Shown in pieces: positions 11,771 through 25,424 of a stretch of 64,000 bases of DNA; positions within the stretch are counted from its first letter, which is position 1, and each line of letters opens with the position of its first letter. The DNA lies in NCBI GenBank assembly GCA_002269645.1, contig NIVC01001003.1:248001-312000 (forward strand), read 5' to 3'. The notes below the pieces were generated by a model. The model was not told where the DNA came from and did not search any database. It saw nothing but the letters and a program-made list of their open reading frames with translations. A program made the translations under genes and the position numbers. The stretch is from Macrostomum lignano (taxonomy: Eukaryota).

Positions 11771-13033
11771 TCACTCGACAAAGTTTCCGGGAAACAGACC
11801 GGACACCCCCGGCTCCATGTAGCCCTCCCACCAGCCATCGTCGTTTTTGCGCACCACGTAGATAACGGCGCCTTCATTAAAGGTCAATTCGTCCGACACG
11901 TCGGATATGTAATCGTAGATGGCCACCACCCGGCGCAGGTAGAACTCCGGCGCCCAGTCCGGGTCGCTCGGCTGATGCGGCACCAGCTGCTCGTCTGCCT
12001 GCGGCACCAGGCTGCTGATGTCCACGTTGGCGTTGCTGCTGCTATCGAATTGCGGCTCAGGCAGCTCCGGTTCGGGCGGCGGCGGCGGTGGCAGCGGCGT
12101 TTGCGTCCTCGGCGGCATCGCGGATGTCGGCAGGGGCGGCGCTGGCGGCGGGGCCGGCGGAGGAGGCGGCGGCTCCGCCACAGCGGGCGTCGCCGTAATC
12201 ATCTTAGACGACGCCGTTGACACGGTGGACAGTCGGCGAGGTGAACCAGTGGACTCCGGATGACTGCCAGCAACAGAAGCCGTGACAGCGGAGCCCCGCC
12301 GACTGCCGCTGGCACCGCCGGCGATGGTGCTGTAGTTGCCGGATGCGCCCCGGTCAACGGCGCCGCGGCCTGTTGAATAAGCCGCCGACACCTGCCTGCC
12401 AGCCTGCCGGCCGACTGTCATTGAGCCGTCCGGATTAACGACTCCAGACTGCTGCTCAACTACGCCGTGTCCAATGCTGTCCAGCACAGAGTAGTCTATG
12501 GGCTGGCGGCTGTAGCGGGGCGGAGCCGGCGGCGGTGCATTGGCCCCGGCGTGATAGACAATACCGGGCAGGCGGTGCTGCCCAGCAACTGGTAGCGGCT
12601 CGGCCGGCCTTGGCGTAGCCAGCTGGCCAATATGCCTGCGGGCCATGCGCTCTTTGTGCACAGAGACCCGAGCGCTTAGGGAGCCAATGTCGGTAGATAG
12701 ACGGCTGAGCTCGCCTGTCTCCAGATCTAGTAGGTCTTGAAAATCTTTAGCTAGCACATTGATCTGGTAAGCCACGCTAGCCAGGGACTGAGTGGCGTAT
12801 TTTTCTGTCTGCCTTACAGCCGCCTCGCGTTCCTTCCGATCTTTGGCGTTCAGATAATTGGTGCGGCAGAATTGGGCAACAGATTCCAGGCTCTGCGAGC
12901 TGCGGTCCAGCTCTTTGATGCCGTTGGCTATGTCAACGTCCAGGTGCTTTGATAGCTCGTCTAGGCGACTGCCGCCGTCTTGGGCAACTGCTGCTGACGA
13001 TGGAGCCTCTGGTGCCGCAGACATGGCCTTCAT
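11771..13033 (-). CDS. ABI: Abl interactor (Abi) family protein, single coding exon, 420 aa
   Basis: N-terminal Abi/WAVE-binding region (YATQSLASVAYQINVLA...RVSVHKERMARRHIGQL), the Y.R.PIDYSVLD.IGHGV motif, a proline-rich linker and a C-terminal SH3 (VVAIYDY..D..DELTFNEG..IYV..KNDDGWWEG...GLFPGNFVE). Start may be 13033 or 13024. Confidence 0.95.
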   Translation of the reverse strand: MKAMSAAPEAPSSAAVAQDGGSRLDELSKHLDVDIANGIKELDRSSQSLESVAQFCRTNYLNAKDRKEREAAVRQTEKYATQSLASVAYQINVLAKDFQDLLDLETGELSRLSTDIGSLSARVSVHKERMARRHIGQLATPRPAEPLPVAGQHRLPGIVYHAGANAPPPAPPRYSRQPIDYSVLDSIGHGVVEQQSGVVNPDGSMTVGRQAGRQVSAAYSTGRGAVDRGASGNYSTIAGGASGSRRGSAVTASVAGSHPESTGSPRRLSTVSTASSKMITATPAVAEPPPPPPAPPPAPPLPTSAMPPRTQTPLPPPPPPEPELPEPQFDSSSNANVDISSLVPQADEQLVPHQPSDPDWAPEFYLRRVVAIYDYISDVSDELTFNEGAVIYVVRKNDDGWWEGYMEPGVSGLFPGNFVE

Positions 13034-13103
13034 GAAGAGGGATATTGCTGCACAGTGAGTGGAAGGAGTGTTGAGTCATTTGTGGCACGGGTAGATGGGG
13101 ACA

Positions 13104-13830
13104 ACCTAGGGAAGGCAAAGAAGTGGCAGCCTAGGGAAGGCATAGGGCAGCCTAGGGAAGGCATAGAAGTGGCAGCCTAGGGAAGGCAAGAAGGGGAAGC
13201 CTAGGGAAGGCATAGAAGTGGCAGCCTAGGGAAGGCAAGAAGGGGAAGCCTAGGGAAGGCATAGAAGTGGCAGCCTAGGGAAGGCATAGAAGTGGCAGTC
13301 TAGGGAAGGCATATAAGTGACAGCCTAGGGAAGGCATAGAAGTGACAGCCTAGGGAAGGCATAGAAGTGACAGCCTAGGGAAGGCATAGAAGTGACAGCC
13401 TAGGGAAGGCATATAAGTGACAGCCTAGGGAAGGAATAGAAGTGACAGCCTAGGGAAGGCATAGAAGTGACAGCCTAGGAAAGGCATAGAAGTGACAGCC
13501 TAGGGAAGGCATAGAAGTGACAGCCTAGTGAAGGCATATAAGTGACAGCCTAGGGAAGGCATAGAAGTGACAGCCTAGGGAAGGAATAGAAGTGACAGCC
13601 TAGGGAAGGCATAGAAGTGACAGTCTAGGGAAGGCATAGAAGTGACAGCCTAGTGAAGGCATAGAAGTGACAGCCTAGGGAAGGAATAGAAGTGACAGCC
13701 TAGGGAAGGAATAGAAGTGACAGCCTAGGAAAGGCATAGAAGTGACAGCCTAGGGAAGGCATAGAAGTGACAGCCTAGGGAAGGCATAGAAGTGACAGCC
13801 TAGGAAAGGCATAGAAGTGACAGCCTAGAC
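13104..13830. repeat. 25-bp minisatellite between RPL7L1 and Abi
   Basis: GCCTAGGGAAGGCATAGAAGTGACA units. Confidence 0.95.
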
Positions 13831-14028
13831 AAGAGAGGACTGCTCTAACTTCTTACTAGAAACTATGCTTCAAACAGATAAAAATTAACAAAAAACTTCA
13901 TTACGCACAATTTACCAGCCAGTCAACCAACGGGGTTATAGACAATGTCTTACCCAACAAATTATGATGGTTTATTAAAATAGACAGACTTGGCGTCAAT
14001 GCAATTTAGTACACAGAGCAATATTAAA

Positions 14029-16287
14029 TCAGATCATCTCCCTAAGCAGGCCGTTAATGTACTCGTCTCGACTGCAACTAAGCGGCTGCCGCTTCCTAAT
14101 CAATTCCGGCTGACTCTCGTTGCCCCTAAATCTGGCCTCGGCCTTGGCCCAGCCACCTAGCGGTGCTTTCAGCCGCATCGGAGCCAGATAGCTGGCCGCC
14201 TGTACAAATGCCGGGCCGCAGGTGGCCAGTTCGTGCACCAGATCCTCAATGCACAATAGGCCGTATTTGCCCAGTGCGGCTTCGATAGCGGCATTATCCG
14301 TGATGGGAACTGGCCGCTGCTGATTGCCGGCCTCTGATTGGCTGCCGCTGGCCCGGCCGCGCTTGTACACAAGCTCGCGTACCGAGCGCATATCCGGAGC
14401 GCCCCAGGCTACAAACGGATCCAATAGGCGCAGCACAGATAGGCAGGCGGGCGTGGGCTTAGCAAACACGGCTGTGTTTAGCCGGGTCAGGCGGAACAGG
14501 CGCAGAGCTTTCACAATGCGCGGGTCCATGCCGGCCGAGCGGCCCCGACAGCGGACAATCAGGATTGGCCGCTCAGCTGACGACTGCGGCGCCTCCTCGG
14601 CTGCTGTCGGCAGCAGGGTAACCACAGGAGCCATCGGCTCTGCCGCTGCTGGCCTGCGCGCCAGTCGGTTCAACCTGTTGGTGTCGCGGTCCTGGAATGA
14701 GTTGACCAAACTGACTCGTAGTTGATGGAGAAAGCTCATTACATGACTTCCTGACATTCCCTCCTGACACATCTGCAAGTAGCATATCTGACATTCCCTC
14801 TGATACATCTGCGAGTAGCTTATCTGACATTCCCTCTGACACATCTGCAAGTAGCTTATCTGACATTCCCTCTGACCATCTGCGAGTAGCTTATCTGACA
14901 TTCCCTCTGACACATCTGCGAGTAGCTTATCTGACATTCCCTCTGACCATCTGCGAGTAGCTTATCTGACATTCCCTCTGACACATCTAAGAGTAGCTTA
15001 TCTGACATTCCCTCTGACACATCTGCGAGTAGCTTATCTGACATTCCCTCTGACACATCTGCAAGTAGCTTATCTGACATTCCCTCTGACCATCTGCGAG
15101 TAGCTTATCTGACATTCCCTCTGACACATCTAAGAGTAGCTTATCTGACATTCCCTCTGACACATCTAAGAGTAGCTTATCTGACATTCCCTCCTGGCAC
15201 ATCTAAGAGTAGCTTATCTGACATTCCCTCTGACACATCTAAGAGTAGCTTATCTGACATTCCCTCTGATACATCTGCGAGTAGCTTATCTGACATTCCC
15301 TCTGACACATCTAAGAGTAGCTTATCTGACATTCCCTCTGATACATCTGCGAGTAGCTTATCTGACATTCCCTCTGACACATCTAAGAGTAGCTTATCTG
15401 ACATTCCCTCTGACACATCTAAGAGTAGCTTATCTGACATTCCCTCTGACATATCTGCGAGTAGCTTATCTGACATCCCCTCTGACACATCTGCGAGTAG
15501 CTTATCTGACATTCCCTCTGACACATCTAAGAGTAGCTTATCTGACATCCCCTCTGACACATCTAAGAGTAGCTTATCTGACATTCCCTCTGACACATCT
15601 GCGAGTAGCTTATCTGACATTCCCTCTGATACATCTGCGAGTAGCTTATCTGACATTCCCTCTGACATATCTGCGAGTAGCTTATCTGACATTCCATCTG
15701 ACACACCCAGCTCATCTGACATTCCCACCGACATACCCAGCTCATCTGACATTCCCACTGACATACCCAGCTCATCTGACATTCCCACCGACATACCCAG
15801 CTCATCTGACATTGACACACCCAGCTCATCTGACATTCCCACCGACATACCCAGCTCATCTGACATTCCCACCGACATAACCAGCTCATCTGACATTCCA
15901 TCTGACATACCCAGCTATCTGACATTCCCACCGACATACCCAGCTCATCTGACATTCCCACCGACATACCCAGCTCATCTGACATTCCATCTGACACAAC
16001 TAGCTCATCTGACATTCCCACCGACATACCCAGCTCATCTGACATTCCATTTGACACACCCAACTCATCTGACATTCCCTTACCTTCAGCCTGCCCAGTT
16101 TCACCAGCCGTTCAACCCTAACAAAAGCTTCTTTGGTCTTCTTAACCCGCTGTCGCCTGGCCAGCCGCCTGTCCGCCGCCTGCTGTCGAGCCCGCGTCGA
16201 CCGGGCCTCCATGGCGGCCTTGCGGCGTTTTAACATCGTCTCCTGAACTGTGGGCAGAGCGCCCGCGCGTCTCTTGGTGCCGGCCAT
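14029..16287 (-). CDS. RPL7L1: uL30/RPL7-family protein, most like the nucleolar biogenesis factor RPL7L1/Rlp7; 2 exons, 288 aa
   Basis: Exon 16287-16084 (MAGTKRRAGALPTVQETMLKRRKA...FVRVERLV) joins exon 14691-14029 in phase 0. Motifs VRCRG..GM, FVAWGAPDMRSVRELVYKRG, ITDNAAIEAALGKYGLLCIEDLVHE and INGLLREM. The F.R.E.(F/L) segment resembles RPL7L1/Rlp7 more than cytoplasmic RPL7. Confidence 0.88.
14745..16080. repeat. Two-part minisatellite (36-bp, then 30-bp units) filling the RPL7L1 intron
   Basis: ACATCTGCGAGTAGCTTATCTGACATTCCCTCTGAC units to about 15690, then CCCAGCTCATCTGACATTCCCACCGACATA units; begins right after the GTAAG donor. Confidence 0.95.
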
Positions 16288-16984
16288 TGTCTGTTGTCTC
16301 TGTGTGACTATTGTTTGTATCAAGTCGAAATTTAGTCAGCTGATGACTGGCTGCAAACAAAAAACGAATAGCATTGATGCAGAAACGGGGGGGGGGGGGT
16401 TGAGGTACTTATTAAATTTGTTAAAATACACTGAATATACTGAATTAAATTTCCCGGCCGGGTACCCTGGCACAACGAGGCAATTCTGCCTACTATTCAA
16501 CTTATATATAATGTATATAATCCGATATATAATTTATCAGAAACTAATCACGGAAATTAAATATAATAAAAAATATAAAATAAATATAAGCACTATTTTT
16601 CTTAGAAATCAACCATTCAAAGTATGCGGGGGTACATAACAATTTAGTATTATTATTCAATATTAACACACATTTCATTTACAAAAAAAAATAATAATGA
16701 CCATAAGCAGAGTAGGCTTCACTTTTATTCATACATCTATGCAGCTGGATAGGTAGGTAAGCGATTCAGCAATGCTCTTCTACTTAACAATGTTGCGTTC
16801 AAGAATTGATCATATTGATTTTTATAAGTCTATACAAAGGTATATTCCTTAAATATAATTGGAGAAAGCATTGGAAAATAAATTGGTATTACAGCCGACA
16901 CCATCTACTAACTACTTAGCTAGGGGAACAGGGGAGAAAGTGGGTAGACAGAGGATTTAGAAATATACCTGTCTCAGTAGACAT

Positions 16985-17670
16985 GGGGATCTGGAGACTT
17001 GGTAGAAATTGGCATCTAGAGACTCGGCGGGTATCTAGAGACCCGGTAGGGATCTAGAGACTTGGTAGGAATCTAGAGACTCAGTAGGAATCTAGAGACT
17101 CAGTAGGGATCTAGAGACTCGGTAGCAGATCTAGAGACTAGATAGACAGAGGGATCTAGAGACTCAGTAGGGATCTAGAGACTCGGTAGCAGATCTAGAG
17201 ACTGGATAGACAGAGGGATCTAGAGACTCGGTAGGGATCTAGAGACTCGGTAGGGATCTAGAGACTCGGTAGAGATCTAGAGACTCGGTAGGAATCTAGA
17301 GACTCAGTAGGGATCTAGAGACTGTAGACATAGGGATCTAGATGGTAGATATAGGGATCTAGAGACTCGATAGACAGAGGGATTTAGAGACTCAGTAGGG
17401 ATCTAGAGACTGTAGACATAGGGATCTAGATGGTAGATATAGGGATCTAGAGACTCGATAGACAGAGGGATTTAGAGACTCAGTAGGGATCTAGAGACTG
17501 TAGACATAGGGATCTAGATAGTAGATATAGGGATCTAGAGACTCGATAGACAGAGGGATTTAGAGACTCGGTAGGGATCTAGATACTCAGTAACTATAGG
17601 GATCTAGATACTCAGTAACTATAGGGATCTAGATACTCAGTAACTATAGGGATCTAGAGACTCGGTAAGG
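16985..17670. repeat. About 19-bp minisatellite between YIPF6 and RPL7L1
   Basis: GGGATCTAGAGACTC(G/A)GTA core with longer variants. Confidence 0.9.
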
Positions 17671-17807
17671 GTTCTAGAGAACAAAAAGAAACGACACCCA
17701 AACCGTACAGAAGTATTAAAAGCCCATCCAAATAGATAGATCAGGTAAAAAGGCATCAGAATATAAATTCTTAAACAGTACAAGCCGCAAGAGCCGTAGC
17801 CCTGCAG

Positions 17808-20800
17808 TCAGCCAGAATGCGACAGAATCATCCAGCTGATCACAAAATAGAACAGGCACACCGGGTACACGGCCAGAGCTTTCCTATTGGGCGGTTGGCT
17901 GGATGCCAGAAACGCTGTAGAGGCAAACACGGACCAGGATAGGCCTAGCAGGACCAGACAGCAGCGGACAATGAACAGCACCAGACTGCGGCTTGCCAGC
18001 AGAATTATTCGGCAACCAATTAGCGATAGAAGCAGAGGCAGTACGCAGTAGCCAAGTACGCAGATAGCCTGCGGTTTAGAGATGCAGTTGCGTGTGAGAC
18101 ACTGACACTATTAGTGGTATCCTTCCCTGACACTATTAGTGGTATCCTTCCCTGACACTATTAGTAGTATCCTTCCCTGACACTATTAGTGGTATCCTTC
18201 CCTGACACTATTAGTGGTATCCTTCCCTGACACTATTAGTGGTATCCTTCCCTGACACTATTAGTGGCATCTACCTGACACTGTTAATGGAATCTACCTG
18301 ACACTATTAGTGGTATCCTTCCCTGACACTATTAGTGGCATCTACCTGACACTGTTAATGGAATCTACCTGACACTATTAGTGGTATCCTTCCCTGACAC
18401 TATTAGTGGTATCCTTCCCTGACACTATTAGTGGCATCTACCTGACACTGTTAATGGAATCTACCTGACACTATTAGTGGTATCCTTCCCTGACACTATT
18501 AGTGGCATCTACCTGACACTGTTAATGGAATCTACCTGACACTATTAGTGGTATCCTTCCCTGACACTATTAGTGGTATCCTTCCCTGACACTATTAGTG
18601 GTATCCTTCCCTGACACTATTAGTGGTATCCTTCCCTGACACTATTAGTGGTATCCTTCCCTGACACTATTAGTGGTATCCTTCCCTGACACTATTAGTG
18701 GTATCCTTCCCTGACACTATTAGTGGTATCCTTCCCTGACACTATTAGTGGCATCTACCTGACACTGTTAATGGAATCTACCTGACACTATTAGTGGTAT
18801 CCTTCCCTGACACTATTAGTGGCATCTACCTGACACTGTTAATGGAATCTACCTGACACTATTAGTGGTATCCTTCCCTGACACTATTAGCGGTATCCTT
18901 CCCTGACACTATTAGTGGCATCTACCTGACACTGTTAATGGAATCTACCTGACACTATTAGTGGTATCCTTCCCTGACACTATTAGTGGCATCTACCTGA
19001 CACTGTTAATGGAATCTACCTGACACTATTAGTGGTATCCTTCCCTGACACTATTAGTGGTATCCTTCCCTGACACTATTAGTGGTATCCTTCCCTGACA
19101 CTATTAGTGGTATCCTTCCCTGACACTATTAGTGGTTTCCTTCCCTGACACTATTAGTGGTTTCCTTCCCTGACACTATTAGTGGTTTCCTTCCCTGACA
19201 CTATTAGTGGTTTCTTTCCCTGACACTATTAGTGGCATCTACCTGACACTGTTAATGGAATCTACCTGACACTATTAGTGGTATCCTTCCCTGACACTAT
19301 TAGTGGCATCTACCTGACACTGTTAATGGAATCTACCTGACACTATTAGTGGTATCCTTCCCTGACACTATTAGTGGTATCCTTCCCTGACACTATTAGT
19401 GGTATCCTTCCCTGACACTATTAGTGGTATCCTTCCCTGACACTATTAGTGGTATCCTTCCCTGACACTATTAGTGGTATCCTTCCCTGACACTATTAGT
19501 GGTATCCTTCCCTGACACTATTAGTGGTATCCTTCCCTGACACTATTAGTGGTATCCTTCCCTGACACTATTAGTGGCATCTACCTGACACTGTTAATGG
19601 AATCTACCTGACACTATTAGTGGTATCCTTCCCTGACACTATTAGTGGCATCTACCTGACACTGTTAATGGAATCTACCTGACACTATTAGTGGTATCCT
19701 TCCCTGACACTATTAGTGGTATCCTTCCCTGACACTATTAGTGGCATCTACCTGACACTGTTAATGGAATCTACCTGACACTATTAGTGGTATCCTTCCC
19801 TGACACTATTAGTGGCATCTACCTGACACTGTTAATGGAATCTACCTGACACTATTAGTGGTATCCTTCCCTGACACTATTAGTGGTATCCTTCCCTGAC
19901 ACTATTAGTGGTATCCTTCCCTGACACTATTAGTGGTATCCTTCCCTGACACTATTAGTGGTTTCCTTCCCTGACACTATTAGTGGTTTCCTTCCCTGAC
20001 ACTATTAGTGGTTTCCTTCCCTGACACTATTAGTGGTTTCTTTCCCTGACACTATTAGTGGCATCTACCTGACACTGTTAATGGAATCTACCTGACACTA
20101 TTAATGACATCTACCTGACACTATTAATGGCATCTACCTGACACTATTAATGGAATCTACCTGACACTATTAGTGGCATCTACCTGACACTATTAATGGA
20201 ATCTAACTGACACTATTAGTGGCATCTACCTGACACTATTAATGGAATCTAACTGACACTGTTAGTGGCATCTACCTGACACTATTAGTGGTTTCCTTCC
20301 CTGACACTATTAGTGGTTTCCTTCCCTGACACTATTAGTGGTTTCTTTCCCTGACACTATTAATGGCATCTACCTGACACTGTTAATGGAATCTACCTGA
20401 CACTATTAATGACATCTACCTGACACTATTAATGGCATCTACCTGACACTATTAATGGAATCTACCTGACACTATTAATGGCATATAACTGACACTATTA
20501 ATGGTATCTACCTGACACTATTAATGGCATCTACCTGACACTGTTAATGGAATCTATCTGACACTATTAGTGGTATCCTTCCCTGACACTATTAGTGGCA
20601 TCTACCTGACACTGTTAATGGAATCTACCTGACACTATTAGTGGCATCTACCTGACACTATTAATGGAATCTAACTGACACTATTAGTGGCATCTACCTG
20701 ACACTGTTAATGGAATCTACCTGACACTATTAGTGACATCTACCTGACACTATTAATGGAATCTACCTGACACTATTAATGGAATCTACCTGACACTGTT

Positions 20801-23800
20801 AATGGCATCTACCTGACACTATTACTGGCATCTACCTGACACTATTAATGGCATATAACTGACACTATTAATGGTATCTACCTGACACTATTAATGGCAT
20901 CTACCTGACACTGTTAATGGAATCTATCTGACACTATTAGTGGTATCCTTCCCTGACACTATTAGTGGCATCTACCTGACACTGTTAATGGAATCTACCT
21001 GACACTATTAGTGGTATCCTTCCCTGACACTATTAGTGGTATCCTTCCCTGACACTATTAGTGGTTTCCTTCCCTGACACTATTAGTGGTTTCCTTCCCT
21101 GACACTATTAGTGGTTTCTTTCCCTGACACTATTAGTGGCATCTACCTGACACTGTTAATGACATCTACCTGACACTATTAATGGCATCTACCTGACACT
21201 ATTAATGGAATCTACCTGACACTATTAGTGGTATCCTTCCCTGACACTATTAGTGGTATCCTTCCCTGACACTATTAGTGGTATCCTTCCCTGACACTAT
21301 TAGTGGTTTCCTTCCCTGACACTATTAGTGGTTTCCTTCCCTGACACTATTAGTGGTTTCCTTCCCTGACACTATTAGTGGTTTCCTTCCCTGACACTAT
21401 TAGTGGTATCCTTCCCTGACACTATTAGTGGTTTCCTTCCCTGACACTATTAGTGGCATCTACCTGACACTATTAATGACATCTACCTGACACTATTAAT
21501 GGCATCTACCTGACACTATTAGTGGCATCTACCTGACACTATTAATGGCATCTACCTGACACTATTAGTGGCATCTACCTGACACTATTAGTGGCATCTA
21601 CCTGACACTATTAATGACATCTACCTGACACTGTTAATGGAATCTACCTGACACTATTAATGACATCTACCTGACACTATTAATGGCATCTACCTGACAC
21701 TATTAATGGAATCTACCTGACACTATTAGTGGCATCTACCTGACACTATTAATGGAATCTAACTGACACTGTTAATGGAATCTACCTGACACTATTAATG
21801 GCATCTACCTGACACTATTAATGGAATCTACCTGACACTGTTAATGGAATCTACCTGACACTGTTAATGGAATCTACCTGACACTATTAGTGGCATCTAC
21901 CTGACACTATTAATGGCATCTACCTGACACTATTAATGGAATCTAACTGACACTATTAGTGGCATCTACCTGACACTGTTAATGGAATCTACCTGACACT
22001 ATTAATGACATCTACCTGACACTATTAATGGCATCTACCTGACACTATTAATGGAATCTACCTGACACTATTAGTGGCATCTACCTGACACTATTAATGG
22101 AATCTACCTGACACTATTAATGACATCTACCTGACACTATTAATGGCATCTACCTGACACTATTAATGGAATCTACCTGACACTATTAGTGGCATCTACC
22201 TGACACTATTAATGGAATCTACCTGACACTATTAATGACATCTACCTGACACTATTAATGGCATCTACCTGACACTATTAATGGAATCTACCTGACACTG
22301 TTAATGGAATCTACCTGACACTGTTAATGGAATCTACCTGACACTATTAGTGGCATCTACCTGACACTATTAATGGCATCTACCTGACACTATTAATGGA
22401 ATCTAACTGACACTATTAGTGGCATCTACCTGACACTATTAATGGAATCTAACTGACACTATTAATGGCATCTACCTGACACTATTAATGGAATCTACCT
22501 GACACTATTAATGGCATCTACCTGACACTATTAGTGGCATCTACCTGACACTATTAATGGTATCTACCTGACACTATTAATGACATCTACCTGACACTAC
22601 CAACAATACCTACAAGCATATAAAAAGAGTACCAGAGCAAGCTCACCTGAAAGAAAGAAATATCACCGCCAAGAAGCTTGGCATTAAGCGTGACAGCGCA
22701 GGCTCCAACCCAGAACACGATGAACACCTGAGCAAACTGCGGACCTCCGTCGTTTGATCCGGCACTGGAGTGGCCTTGCAACAGGCTGCAAGTGTGTTTG
22801 GCGAACCACAGTTACTAAAGTACTATGATAGTGAAATTTTGTTTGCAGAGGAAAAAACAATAGGATTAAAACTTACGTTGCCAAAAAGGTGCAAAGGATC
22901 AACGGGCCCCAGAGGTCCCCTGGAAATAAAATGGAACATTGATTAATGCAAAATTTTGCATTTTCATTATCATAGATGCAAATTTCTCGTGTCTCACATC
23001 TCGCATTTCATCTCCCGGACGTTATATTAACCCTCAACTGTAGTCTCACATGTTTACCTGGCACCTCAACTAACACCTCCCGTATCTACCTGACACCTGA
23101 ACTGACATCTCCCGTATCTACCTGACACCTGAACTGACATCTCCCGTACCTACCTGACACCTCAACTAACACCTCCCGTATCTACCTGACACCTGAACTG
23201 ACATCTCCCGTATCTACCTGACACCTCAACTAACACCTCCCGTATCTACCTGACACCTGAACTGACATCTCCCGTATCTACCTGACACCTCAACTGACAT
23301 CTCCCGTATCTACCTGGCACCTCAACTAACACCTCCCGTATCTACCTGACACCTGAACTTACATCTCCCGTATCTACCTGACACCTGAACTGACACCTCC
23401 CGTATCTACCTGACACCTGAACTGACATCTCCCGTATCTACCTGGCACCTGAACTGACATCTCCGGTATCTACCTGACACCTGAACTGACATCTCCCGTA
23501 TCTACTTGACACCTGAACTGACATCTCCCGTATCTACCTGACACCTGAACTGACATCTCCCGTGTCTACCTGACACCTGAACTGACATCTCCCGAGTCTA
23601 CCTGATACCTCAACTACAGTCTCACATGTTTACCTGACACCTCGGCTGACATCTACCGTGTCTACCAGACACATGAACTGACATCTCCCGTATCTACCTG
23701 ACACATAAACTGACATCTCCCGAGTCTACCTGATACCTCAACTACAGTCTCACATGTTTACCTGACACCTGAACTGACATCTCCCGTATCTACCTGACAC

Positions 23801-24645
23801 CTGAACTGACATCTCCCGTGTCTACCAGACACCTGAACTGACATCTCCCGAGTCTACCTGATACCTCAACTACAGTCTCACATGTTTACCTGACACCTCG
23901 GCTGACATCTACCGTGTCTACCAGACACATGAACTGACATCTCCCGTATCTACCTGACACATAAACTGACATCTCCCGAGTCTACCTGATACCTCAACTA
24001 CAGTCTCACATGTTTACCTGACACCTGAACTGACATCTCCCGTATCTACCTGACACCTCAACTGACATCTCCCGCGTCTGACACCTCAAATGCAGTCTCA
24101 CATTTTTACCTGACACCTGAACTGACATCTCCCGTGTCTACCTCACTCCTCAACTAAGATCTCCCGAGTCTACCTGGCACCTGAACTGATATCTCCCGTG
24201 TCTACCAGACACATGAACTGACATCTCCCGAGTCTACCTGGCACCTGAACTGATATCTCCCGTGTCTACCAGACACATGAACTGACATCTCCCGTGTCTA
24301 CCTGACACCTCAACTGACATCTCCTGTGTCTCTTAAGTACTTAGCGTTCTACATGAGATATTTACACTAGCCTCTAATTAATATTGTCACTATAAACCAC
24401 AGCCTACAGCAACAAAAAGAATAAGAATCGAAAAAAAGCTCACAATCTCTCAGCAGAGATTTGCTCGATCTTGGAATGAACACATGATAGAACTTAACAC
24501 CAACTGCTTTCACATCTCTCAGTATAGTATCCTTAACAGGCTCGTCCAGGGTTGATGGATACAAGTTAGAGCCATTCAGTGGCACATTTGGCACATTGCT
24601 GGGCCCAGAGTTGGACATATCACCTTCTAATGGTGCCGCTGATGC
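17808..24645 (-). CDS. YIPF6: YIPF6 (Yip1-domain Golgi membrane protein), at least 4 coding exons; 5' end uncertain
   Basis: Exons 24645-24444, 22919-22877, 22785-22647 and 18068-17808 join in frame (phases 1, 2, 0): STLDEPVKDTILRDVKAVGVKF.HV..P...SLLRD|WDLWGPLILC|..GGPQFAQVF..W.GA..VTLNAKLLGG.ISFFQ|.ICVLGYC.LPL..QPPNRKALAVYPV.LFYFVISWMI. First in-exon ATG is at 24618; an upstream exon is possible. Confidence 0.95.
18102..22599. repeat. 4.5-kb variant-unit minisatellite (23-25 bp) filling a YIPF6 intron
   Basis: Units CTGACACTATTAGTGGTATCCTTCC, CTGACACTATTAGTGGCATCTAC and CTGACACTGTTAATGGAATCTAC intermixed. Confidence 0.97.
23030..24330. repeat. 32-bp minisatellite in a YIPF6 intron
   Basis: ACCTGACACCTGAACTGACATCTCCCGTATCT units. 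Confidence 0.93.
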
Positions 24646-25424
24646 CTGTGTGGTGGCGTGGAGGCAGTGCACAAAGATTTATCTAAAAATATGGCTTCAG
24701 ATATTGAAAGATATTGATGCAGATACAGTTATGATTTCCCAAATCTAGTTTGAACTTTTAAAATTAGCATGGTCTATTCAAAAAGATGACCCTATAGAAA
24801 TTTTATGACAGTATTTGTCTGCTGAATCGACTCACATTAAAATTTACAATCCTTTATTTACACACAGGTTTTTATGATTGCTGGTCTATAATCTAAGTAT
24901 AAAATATAATTTCAGTAGTACATGGGAGAAACTATTAATCTTTATAGATAATTTATCCACCTGACCAAAAATATTTGTCCTTTCAAAAACAATAAGTGTG
25001 CCAGTTGTGCCACAAGTATGCCCTTTGACAGAGTTATAACTATCTTTGTATGTGATATTTGGCACACTTTACACAATTGTACCAGTTGTGCCATAGCTAT
25101 GCCATTTGGCACAGTTGTAAATGTCTTTGTCTGTCCTTTTTGGTATACTTGGCACAAATAATTTTATTATTGCTAATTACACAACGAAACCAACTGGCAC
25201 ACTTGGCATACTTGCTAAAATTGTACTAGTGGTGCCACAGCTATGCCGTTTGGCACAGTTATAAGTCTTTGTATATCTTTATTGTCAAAGTTAATAGCAG
25301 GGGATTCTCACATAGGAGTGAGATATTATACATGAAAAAATGAATCTATTAGAACATCATAACTCTTTAAAGTAATCGTAAGACTATATTACTAGTTCTT
25401 TTTTATTGACAAAATGTCTTTTGT

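Noticed and set aside
18102-22599. CRISPR-like appearance (constant CTGACAC plus variable parts)
   Set aside because: The variable parts are a few recurring variants, not unique spacers; there are no cas genes; the array lies in a spliceosomal intron.
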